Made by a program: the position numbers and the translations under genes | Assembly (NCBI RefSeq): GCF_000002075.1 | Contig: NW_004798575.1 | Location: forward strand, 5,359 to 69,358 | Direction: 5' to 3' | DNA: 64,000 nucleotides | Source: Aplysia californica | Taxonomy: Eukaryota | The notes under the pieces: model-generated | Databases searched by the model: none | What the model was told of the DNA's origin: nothing | Seen by the model: the letters and a program-made list of their open reading frames with translations, nothing else | Shown: positions 49,001-61,000 of the stretch, piece by piece | Layout: every line of letters starts with the position of its first letter | Numbering within the stretch: position 1 is the first letter of the stretch

Positions 49001-52000
49001 GCCCCTAAAGTGAACAAGCTGCAGTCAAAAGATTGTTCCTGGCAGAAACAGCACCTAAAGTTATCTAGCTGCTGCCAGTAAGTTGTGCCACTAGTAAACT
49101 ATATCAGCTAATATCATTGTGCAAGTACTTAAAATGCAGTTATCTTTTGGACATTTTGAGCCAGTATGCCGATGACTGAAACAGCACCTAAGCTCAGCAA
49201 GCTGCAGTCAATGAGGAAATAAAATATGTGGCATTTACGGTTGGCAGATACAGCACCTAAGAATAGCAAAGCTGCTGCCTTTTGAACATGGATAGATGAA
49301 GATTGGCCGTGATAATTTCTGATGAAACCAGTGATCATTTTGAGCCGCTATGGCGATGACTGAAACAGCCCCTAAGCTCAGCAAGCTGCAGTCAATGAGG
49401 AAATAGAATATGGTATTTCGGATCGGCAGAAACAGCCCCTAAGAATATCAAGCTGCTGCCTGTAGAGCCACAATAGATGATGATTGCCCTTGATAATTTT
49501 TGATGAAACCATTGAAGGCAGTACTATGTGAATGAAACATGTGCGACATTCTTGTAGACATTTTGAAGTATTATCATCACAGGGCGTGACAGTTGTCAGA
49601 ACCAGCACCTGAGACTAGCAAGTGTCTTTCTGGAGAGGACGTTCAGCACTTCCCCCTACCCTCCGGCCTGGGCAGAGGACCAGCGGCGGAGGAGCCAGAC
49701 CAGGGCACTTCTAACAGACCGTTAAGGTTTGTTTGTTTTGAGTGGATGTCCGAGAGGGAACTTGGGCTGAGGTTAGGGTGGGAAGTGTGATAGTAAGAGA
49801 GTTTTAGAAAGACCGCCCGTCACGGTGGAAATGCAACCGTTCTATTGTAAATCTGGAAATGTTTCATTTTGTTGTTCATACCGTCCAGAGGTTGTGAACT
49901 GGTATTTTTTCCACGAGCACTGTACTTCATGAAAACTTGGTTGTTAATTCTGCTCTGTGAGTAAGACTGAAATTCTATTGTTTTTCAGAGTACATCCCGT
50001 TTCAAGAGATGTATTCTGGAAGAGCCTCGAGTCATGTAGGACCAGCCAAGTGAAAAAGTAAGAATTTGCAATTTTGTTAGTCTTCTTTGCTTTTGAAGTG
50101 AATAATTTATGTATGTGAAAGGGGAAATAAGTTATGAGGGAGAATGGAGAAAATTAGACTTGTCGCTGAATTAAAGGAAATGCATATATTTTGAGACCAT
50201 TTCATGTTCCATTGTCTTTGACAAGTGGTTGTTACGGATGTGTTTAGTATTTTAGTCAAGCATTGTAGTGGGAATATTTTAATTTCTTTAGCGTATGGAA
50301 CCTTCCTTCTGATTTTGTATTTTTCGACAAGAATCATACCCCATGAAAACCTGGTTCTTAATTCTGAACATGAAAATTGAGCGAGGTGTGGCCAAAGCAT
50401 GGAAATCAAGCTGCAAAGACTTCCTGTTTTGGGATAGAGCATTAGTTTTCTCCTTTTGAAAAATTTCTCAGAGTACATCCAGTTTGAAGAGATGCATTGT
50501 GGAAGAGCATGGAGTCATGTAGGACCAGCCAACAGAGATGGTGGGAATTGCAATGTTTTTTGCCTTCTTTGGCCCGTTTTCAATTGTCTCAGAGTATATC
50601 CTTGTTGCGAGTCCTAAGTGGCAGAAACAGCACATAAGGTTATCGAGCTGCTGCCAATAACTATTGAAGCCAATACAGTGCGGGTACTTAAAATGCAGTT
50701 ATCTTTTCAACATTTGCGCCACTATGGCGATGACCTGACTGAAACAGCCCCTAAGCTCAGCAAGCTGCAGTCAGTGAGGAAATAGAATCTGGCATTTACG
50801 GTTGGCAGAAACAGCACCTAAGAATAGCAAAGCTGCTGCCTATAAAACCGAAATAGATGAAGATTGGCCATGAACATCGATAGATGAAAATTGTCAGTGA
50901 TCATTTGTGAGAAAAGTACTATGTAAGGAAAAGAAATGTGGCTATCTCTGAGACAATTATAACCATCATGGTGAGGACTGATGGTTGTGGTTTTATTGTT
51001 GTTGTTTTTTAAAATTTTTGAACATTTCAAATGTTTGTTGGTTTCATTTTCCTTTGTTTTGAACTCCTTTACCTGTTTGAGCAGCGTTTTTGAAGTTCGC
51101 TGAAATTTTCTCTTTCAGATTTTCTCCGCTTTATGTTCGGAGTTGAAAACGTTCAATTTCCTTTTTGTGTTGAACTTTTCTCCTTTATCTGTTTGAGCAG
51201 CGTTTTTGAAGTTCGCTGAAATTTGCACTTTGAGATTTTCTCCGCTTTATGTTCGGAGTTGAAAACGTTGCAGAAGAATTCTTTTGAGTTGTCCGTTTGA
51301 AGATTCGAAATTGAATTTCGTTCGTTTGGTTTTCTTCTTGATTGATTTTCCAAACCACAGATATTTAAAAAAATAGTCTGTTACTTTTGTGAGTAGGTCG
51401 GTGTAGCGTAGGATGGTTGACTGAAACAGCCCCTAAAGTGAACAAGCTGCAGTCAAAAGATTGTTCCTGGCAGAAACAGCACCTAAAGTTATCTAGCTGC
51501 TGCCAGTAAGTTGTGCCACTAGTAAACTATATCAGCTAATATCATTGTGCAAGTACTTAAAATGCAGTTATCTTTTGGACATTTTGAGCCAGTATGCCGA
51601 TGACTGAAACAGCACCTAAGCTCAGCAAGCTGCAGTCAATGAGGAAATAAAATATGTGGCATTTACGGTTGGCAGATACAGCACCTAAGAATAGCAAAGC
51701 TGCTGCCTTTTGAACATGGATAGATGAAGATTGGCCGTGATAATTTCTGATGAAACCAGTGATCATTTTGAGCCGCTATGGCGATGACTGAAACAGCCCC
51801 TAAGCTCAGCAAGCTGCAGTCAGTGAGGAAATAGAATCTGGCATTTACGGTTGGCAGAAACAGCACCTAAGAATAGCAAAGCTGCTGCCTATAAAACCGA
51901 ACTAGATGAAGATTGGCCATGATAATTTCTGATGAAACCAGTGATCATTTTGAGCCACTATGGCGATGACTGAAACAGCCCCTAAGCTCAGCAAGCTGCA

Positions 52001-55000
52001 GTCAGTGAGGAAATAGAATCTGGCATTTACGGTTGGCAGAAACAGCACCTAAGAATAGCAAAGCTGCTGCCTATAAAACCGAACTAGATGAAGATTGGCC
52101 ATGATAATTTCTGATGAAACCAGTGATCATTTTGAGCCACTATGGCGATGACTGAAACAGCCCCTAAGCTCAGCAAGCTGCAGTCAGTGAGGAAATAGAA
52201 TCTGGCATTTACGGTTGGCAGAAACAGCACCTAAGAATAGCAAAGCTGCTGCCTATAAAACCGAAATAGATGAAGATTGGCCATGATAATTTCTGATGAA
52301 GCCAGTGATCATTTTGAGCCACTATGGCGATGACTGAAACAGCCCCTAAGCTCAGCAAGCTGCAGTCAGTGAGGAAATAGAATCTGGCATTTACGGTTGG
52401 CAGAAACAGCACCTAAGAATAGCAAAGCTGCTGCCTATAAAACCGAAATAGATGAAGATTGGCCATGAACATCGATAGATGAAAATTGTCAGTGATCATT
52501 TGTGAGAAAAGTACTATGTAAGGAAAAGAAATGTGGCTATCTCTGAGACAATTATAACCATCATGGTGAGACTGATGGTTGTGGTTTTATTGTTGTTGTT
52601 TTTTTTATATTTTTGAACATTTCAAATGTTTGTTGGTTTCATTTTCCTTTGTTTTGAACTCCTTTACCTGTTTGAGCAGCGTTTTTGAAGTTCGCTGAAA
52701 TTTTCTCTTTCAGATTTTCTCCGCTTTATGTTCGGAGTTGAAAACGTTCAATTTCCTTTTTGTGTTGAACTTTTCTCCTTTATCTGTTTGAGCAGCGTTT
52801 TTGAAGTTCGCTGAAATTTGCACTTTGAGATTTTCTCCGCTTTATGTTCGGAGTTGAAAACGTTGCAGAAGAATTCTTTTTGAGTTGTCCGTTTGAAGAT
52901 TCGAAATTGAATTTCGTTCGTTTGGTTTTCTTCTTGATTGATTTTCCAAACCACAGATATTTAAAAAAATAGTCTGTTACTTTTGTGAGTAGGTCGGTGT
53001 AGCGTAGGATGGTTGACTGAAACAGCCCCTAAAGTGAACAAGCTGCAGTCAAAAGATTGTTCCTGGCAGAAACAGCACCTAAAGTTATCTAGCTGCTGCC
53101 AGTAAGTTGTGCCACTAGTAAACTATATCAGCTAATATCATTGTGCAAGTACTTAAAATGCAGTTATCTTTTGGACATTTTGAGCCAGTATGCCGATGAC
53201 TGAAACAGCACCTAAGCTCAGCAAGCTGCAGTCAATGAGGAAATAAAATATGTGGCATTTACGGTTGGCAGATACAGCACCTAAGAATAGCAAAGCTGCT
53301 GCCTTTTGAACATGGATAGATGAAGATTGGCCGTGATAATTTCTGATGAAACCAGTGATCATTTTGAGCCGCTATGGCGATGACTGAAACAGCCCCTAAG
53401 CTCAGCAAGCTGCAGTCAGTGAGGAAATAGAATCTGGCATTTACGGTTGGCAGAAACAGCACCTAAGAATAGCAAAGCTGCTGCCTATAAAACCGAAATA
53501 GATGAAGATTGGCCATGATAATTTCTGATGAAGCCAGTGATCATTTTGAGCCACTATGGCGATGACTGAAACAGCCCCTAAGCTCAGCAAGCTGCAGTCA
53601 ATGAGGAAATAGAATATGGTATTTCGGATCGGCAGAAACAGCCCCTAAGAATATCAAGCTGCTGCCTGTAGAGCCACAATAGATGATGATTGCCCTTGAT
53701 AATTTTTGATGAAACCATTGAAGGCAGTACTATGTGAATGAAACATGTGCGACATTCTTGTAGACATTTTGAAGTATTATCATCACAGGGCGTGACAGTT
53801 GTCAGAACCAGCACCTGAGACTAGCAAGTGTCTTTCTGGAGAGGACGTTCAGCACTTCCCCCTACCCTCCGGCCTGGGCAGAGGACCAGCGGCGGAGGAG
53901 CCAGACCAGGGCACTTCTAACAGACCGTTAAGGTTTGTTTGTTTTGAGTGGATGTCCGAGAGGGAACTTGGGCTGAGGTTAGGGTGGGAAGTGTGATAGT
54001 AAGAGAGTTTTAGAAAGACCGCCCGTCACGGTGGAAATGCAACCGTTCTATTGTAAATCTGGAAATGTTTCATTTTGTTGTTCATACCGTCCAGAGGTTG
54101 TGAACTGGTATTTTTTCCACGAGCACTGTACTTCATGAAAACTTGGTTGTTAATTCTGCTCTGTGAGTAAGACTGAAATTCTATTGTTTTTCAGAGTACA
54201 TCCCGTTTCAAGAGATGTATTCTGGAAGAGCCTCGAGTCATGTAGGACCAGCCAAGTGAAAAAGTAAGAATTTGCAATTTTGTTAGTCTTCTTTGCTTTT
54301 GAAGTGAATAATTTATGTATGTGAAAGGGGAAATAAGTTATGAGGGAGAATGGAGAAAATTAGACTTGTCGCTGAATTAAAGGAAATGCATATATTTTGA
54401 GACCATTTCATGTTCCATTGTCTTTGACAAGTGGTTGTTACGGATGTGTTTAGTATTTTAGTCAAGCATTGTAGTGGGAATATTTTAATTTCTTTAGCGT
54501 ATGGAACCTTCCTTCTGATTTTGTATTTTTCGACAAGAATCGTACCCCATGAAAACCTGGTTCTTAATTCTGAACATGAAAATTGAGCGAGGTGTGGCCA
54601 AAGCATGGAAATCAAGCTGCAAAGACTTCCTGTTTTGGGATAGAGCATTAGTTTTCTCCTTTTGAAAAATTTCTCAGAGTACATCCAGTTTGAAGAGATG
54701 CATTGTGGAAGAGCATGGAGTCATGTAGGACCAGCCAACAGAGATGGTGGGAATTGCAATGTTTTTTGCCTTCTTTGGCCCGTTTTCAATTGTCTCAGAG
54801 TATATCCTTGTTGCGAGTCCTAAGTGGCAGAAACAGCACATAAGGTTATCGAGCTGCTGCCAATAACTATTGAAGCCAATACAGTGCGGGTACTTAAAAT
54901 GCAGTTATCTTTTCAACATTTGCGCCACTATGGCGATGACCTGACTGAAACAGCCCCTAAGCTCAGCAAGCTGCAGTCAGTGAGGAAATAGAATCTGGCA

Positions 55001-58000
55001 TTTACGGTTGGCAGAAACAGCACCTAAGAATAGCAAAGCTGCTGCCTATAAAACCGAAATAGATGAAGATTGGCCATGAACATCGATAGATGAAAATTGT
55101 CAGTGATCATTTGTGAGAAAAGTACTATGTAAGGAAAAGAAATGTGGCTATCTCTGAGACAATTATAACCATCATGGTGAGACTGATGGTTGTGGTTTTA
55201 TTGTTGTTGTTTTTTTTATATTTTTGAACATTTCAAATGTTTGTTGGTTTCATTTTCCTTTGTTTTGAACTCCTTTACCTGTTTGAGCAGCGTTTTTGAA
55301 GTTCGCTGAAATTTTCTCTTTCAGATTTTCTCCGCTTTATGTTCGGAGTTGAAAACGTTCAATTTCCTTTTTGTGTTGAACTTTTCTCCTTTATCTGTTT
55401 GAGCAGCGTTTTTGAAGTTCGCTGAAATTTGCACTTTGAGATTTTCTCCGCTTTATGTTCGGAGTTGAAAACGTTGCAGAAGAATTCTTTTGAGTTGTCC
55501 GTTTGAAGATTCGAAATTGAATTTCGTTCGTTTGGTTTTCTTCTTGATTGATTTTCCAAACCACAGATATTTAAAAAAATAGTCTGTTACTTTTGTGAGT
55601 AGGTCGGTGTAGCGTAGGATGGTTGACTGAAACAGCCCCTAAAGTGAACAAGCTGCAGTCAAAAGATTGTTCCTGGCAGAAACAGCACCTAAAGTTATCT
55701 AGCTGCTGCCAGTAAGTTGTGCCACTAGTAAACTATATCAGCTAATATCATTGTGCAAGTACTTAAAATGCAGTTATCTTTTGGACATTTTGAGCCAGTA
55801 TGCCGATGACTGAAACAGCACCTAAGCTCAGCAAGCTGCAGTCAATGAGGAAATAAAATATGTGGCATTTACGGTTGGCAGATACAGCACCTAAGAATAG
55901 CAAAGCTGCTGCCTTTTGAACATGGATAGATGAAGATTGGCCGTGATAATTTCTGATGAAACCAGTGATCATTTTGAGCCGCTATGGCGATGACTGAAAC
56001 AGCCCCTAAGCTCAGCAAGCTGCAGTCAGTGAGGAAATAGAATCTGGCATTTACGGTTGGCAGAAACAGCACCTAAGAATAGCAAAGCTGCTGCCTATAA
56101 AACCGAACTAGATGAAGATTGGCCATGATAATTTCTGATGAAACCAGTGATCATTTTGAGCCACTATGGCGATGACTGAAACAGCCCCTAAGCTCAGCAA
56201 GCTGCAGTCAGTGAGGAAATAGAATCTGGCATTTACGGTTGGCAGAAACAGCACCTAAGAATAGCAAAGCTGCTGCCTATAAAACCGAAATAGATGAAGA
56301 TTGGCCATGAACATCGATAGATGAAAATTGTCAGTGATCATTTGTGAGAAAAGTACTATGTAAGGAAAAGAAATGTGGCTATCTCTGAGACAATTATAAC
56401 CATCATGGTGAGACTGATGGTTGTGGTTTTATTGTTGTTGTTTTTTTTATATTTTTGAACATTTCAAATGTTTGTTGGTTTCATTTTCCTTTGTTTTGAA
56501 CTCCTTTACCTGTTTGAGCAGCGTTTTTGAAGTTCGCTGAAATTTTCTCTTTCAGATTTTCTCCGCTTTATGTTCGGAGTTGAAAACGTTCAATTTCCTT
56601 TTTGTGTTGAACTTTTCTCCTTTATCTGTTTGAGCAGCGTTTTTGAAGTTCGCTGAAATTTGCACTTTGAGATTTTCTCCGCTTTATGTTCGGAGTTGAA
56701 AACGTTGCAGAAGAATTCTTTTGAGTTGTCCGTTTGAAGATTCGAAATTGAATTTCGTTCGTTTGGTTTTCTTCTTGATTGATTTTCCAAACCACAGATA
56801 TTTAAAAAAATAGTCTGTTACTTTTGTGAGTAGGTCGGTGTAGCGTAGGATGGTTGACTGAAACAGCCCCTAAAGTGAACAAGCTGCAGTCAAAAGATTG
56901 TTCCTGGCAGAAACAGCACCTAAAGTTATCTAGCTGCTGCCAGTAAGTTGTGCCACTAGTAAACTATATCAGCTAATATCATTGTGCAAGTACTTAAAAT
57001 GCAGTTATCTTTTGGACATTTTGAGCCAGTATGCCGATGACTGAAACAGCACCTAAGCTCAGCAAGCTGCAGTCAATGAGGAAATAAAATATGTGGCATT
57101 TACGGTTGGCAGATACAGCACCTAAGAATAGCAAAGCTGCTGCCTTTTGAACATGGATAGATGAAGATTGGCCGTGATAATTTCTGATGAAACCAGTGAT
57201 CATTTTGAGCCGCTATGGCGATGACTGAAACAGCCCCTAAGCTCAGCAAGCTGCAGTCAGTGAGGAAATAGAATCTGGCATTTACGGTTGGCAGAAACAG
57301 CACCTAAGAATAGCAAAGCTGCTGCCTATAAAACCGAAATAGATGAAGATTGGCCATGATAATTTCTGATGAAGCCAGTGATCATTTTGAGCCACTATGG
57401 CGATGACTGAAACAGCCCCTAAGCTCAGCAAGCTGCAGTCAATGAGGAAATAGAATATGGTATTTCGGATCGGCAGAAACAGCCCCTAAGAATATCAAGC
57501 TGCTGCCTGTAGAGCCACAATAGATGATGATTGCCCTTGATAATTTTTGATGAAACCATTGAAGGCAGTACTATGTGAATGAAACATGTGCGACATTCTT
57601 GTAGACATTTTGAAGTATTATCATCACAGGGCGTGACAGTTGTCAGAACCAGCACCTGAGACTAGCAAGTGTCTTTCTGGAGAGGACGTTCAGCACTTCC
57701 CCCTACCCTCCGGCCTGGGCAGAGGACCAGCGGCGGAGGAGCCAGACCAGGGCACTTCTAACAGACCGTTAAGGTTTGTTTGTTTTGAGTGGATGTCCGA
57801 GAGGGAACTTGGGCTGAGGTTAGGGTGGGAAGTGTGATAGTAAGAGAGTTTTAGAAAGACCGCCCGTCACGGTGGAAATGCAACCGTTCTATTGTAAATC
57901 TGGAAATGTTTCATTTTGTTGTTCATACCGTCCAGAGGTTGTGAACTGGTATTTTTTCCACGAGCACTGTACTTCATGAAAACTTGGTTGTTAATTCTGC

Positions 58001-61000
58001 TCTGTGAGTAAGACTGAAATTCTATTGTTTTTCAGAGTACATCCCGTTTCAAGAGATGTATTCTGGAAGAGCCTCGAGTCATGTAGGACCAGCCAAGTGA
58101 AAAAGTAAGAATTTGCAATTTTGTTAGTCTTCTTTGCTTTTGAAGTGAATAATTTATGTATGTGAAAGGGGAAATAAGTTATGAGGGAGAATGGAGAAAA
58201 TTAGACTTGTCGCTGAATTAAAGGAAATGCATATATTTTGAGACCATTTCATGTTCCATTGTCTTTGACAAGTGGTTGTTACGGATGTGTTTAGTATTTT
58301 AGTCAAGCATTGTAGTGGGAATATTTTAATTTCTTTAGCGTATGGAACCTTCCTTCTGATTTTGTATTTTTCGACAAGAATCGTACCCAATGAAAACCTG
58401 GTTCTTAATTCTGAACATGAAAATTGAGCGAGGTGTGGCCAAAGCATGGAAATCAAGCTGCAAAGACTTCCTGTTTTGGGATAGAGCATTAGTTTTCTCC
58501 TTTTGAAAAATTTCTCAGAGTACATCCAGTTTGAAGAGATGCATTGTGGAAGAGCATGGAGTCATGTAGGACCAGCCAACAGAGATGGTGGGAATTGCAG
58601 TGTTTTTTGCCTTCTTTGGCCCGTTTTCAATTGTCTCAGAGTATATCCTTGTTGCGAGTCCTAAGTGGCAGAAACAGCACATAAGGTTATCGAGCTGCTG
58701 CCAATAACTATTGAAGCCAATACAGTGCGGGTACTTAAAATGCAGTTATCTTTTCAACATTTGCGCCACTATGGCGATGACCTGACTGAAACAGCCCCTA
58801 AGCTCAGCAAGCTGCAGTCAGTGAGGAAATAGAATCTGGCATTTACGGTTGGCAGAAACAGCACCTAAGAATAGCAAAGCTGCTGCCTATAAAACCGAAA
58901 TAGATGAAGATTGGCCATGAACATCGATAGATGAAAATTGTCAGTGATCATTTGTGAGAAAAGTACTATGTAAGGAAAAGAAATGTGGCTATCTCTGAGA
59001 CAATTATAACCATCATGGTGAGGACTGATGGTTGTGGTTTTATTGTTGTTGTTTTTTAAAATTTTTGAACATTTCAAATGTTTGTTGGTTTCATTTTCCT
59101 TTGTTTTGAACTCCTTTACCTGTTTGAGCAGCGTTTTTGAAGTTCGCTGAAATTTTCTCTTTCAGATTTTCTCCGCTTTATGTTCGGAGTTGAAAACGTT
59201 CAATTTCCTTTTTGTGTTGAACTTTTCTCCTTTATCTGTTTGAGCAGCGTTTTTGAAGTTCGCTGAAATTTGCACTTTGAGATTTTCTCCGCTTTATGTT
59301 CGGAGTTGAAAACGTTGCAGAAGAATTCTTTTGAGTTGTCCGTTTGAAGATTCGAAATTGAATTTCGTTCGTTTGGTTTTCTTCTTGATTGATTTTCCAA
59401 ACCACAGATATTTAAAAAAATAGTCTGTTACTTTTGTGAGTAGGTCGGTGTAGCGTAGGATGGTTGACTGAAACAGCCCCTAAAGTGAACAAGCTGCAGT
59501 CAAAAGATTGTTCCTGGCAGAAACAGCACCTAAAGTTATCTAGCTGCTGCCAGTAAGTTGTGCCACTAGTAAACTATATCAGCTAATATCATTGTGCAAG
59601 TACTTAAAATGCAGTTATCTTTTGGACATTTTGAGCCAGTATGCCGATGACTGAAACAGCACCTAAGCTCAGCAAGCTGCAGTCAATGAGGAAATAAAAT
59701 ATGTGGCATTTACGGTTGGCAGATACAGCACCTAAGAATAGCAAAGCTGCTGCCTTTTGAACATGGATAGATGAAGATTGGCCGTGATAATTTCTGATGA
59801 AACCAGTGATCATTTTGAGCCGCTATGGCGATGACTGAAACAGCCCCTAAGCTCAGCAAGCTGCAGTCAGTGAGGAAATAGAATCTGGCATTTACGGTTG
59901 GCAGAAACAGCACCTAAGAATAGCAAAGCTGCTGCCTATAAAACCGAAATAGATGAAGATTGGCCATGATAATTTCTGATGAAGCCAGTGATCATTTTGA
60001 GCCACTATGGCGATGACTGAAACAGCCCCTAAGCTCAGCAAGCTGCAGTCAGTGAGGAAATAGAATCTGGCATTTACGGTTGGCAGAAACAGCACCTAAG
60101 AATAGCAAAGCTGCTGCCTATAAAACCGAAATAGATGAAGATTGGCCATGATAATTTCTGAAGCCAGTGATCATTTTGAGCCACTATGGCGATGACTGAA
60201 ACAGCCTCTAAACTCAGCAAGCTGCAGTCAGTGAGGAAATAGAATATGGTATTTCAGATCGGCAGAAACAGCCCTTAAGAATAGCAAGCTGCTGCCTTTT
60301 GAACATCGATAGATGAAAATTGTCAGTGATCATTTCTGAGAAAAGTACTATGTAAGGAAAAAAAATGTGGCTATCTCTGAGACAATTATAACCATCATGG
60401 TGAGGACTGATGGTTGTGGTTTTATTGTTGTTCTTTTAAAAAAAATTTTGAACATTTCAAATGTTTGTTTTCATTTTCCTTTGTTTTGAACTCCTTTACC
60501 TGTTTGAGCAGCGTTTTTGAAGTTCGCTGAAATTTTCTCTTTCAGATTTTCTCCGCTTTATGTTCGGAGTTGAAAACGTTGCAGAAGAATTCTTTTGAGT
60601 TGTCCGTTTGAAGATTCGAAATTGAATTTCGTTCGTTTGGTTTTCTTCTTGATTGATTTTCCAAACCACAGATATTTAAAAAAATAGTCTGTTACTTTTG
60701 TGAGTAGGTCGGTGTAGCGTAGGATGGTTGACTGAAACAGCCCCTAAAGTGAACAAGCTGCAGTCAAAAGATTGTTCCTGGCAGAAACAGCACCTAAAGT
60801 TATCTAGCTGCTGCCAGTAAGTTGTGCCACTAGTAAACTATATCAGCTAATATCATTGTGCAAGTACTTAAAATGCAGTTATCTTTTGGACATTTTGAGC
60901 CAGTATGCCGATGACTGAAACAGCACCTAAGCTCAGCAAGCTGCAGTCAATGAGGAAATAAAATATGTGGCATTTACGGTTGGCAGATACAGCACCTAAG

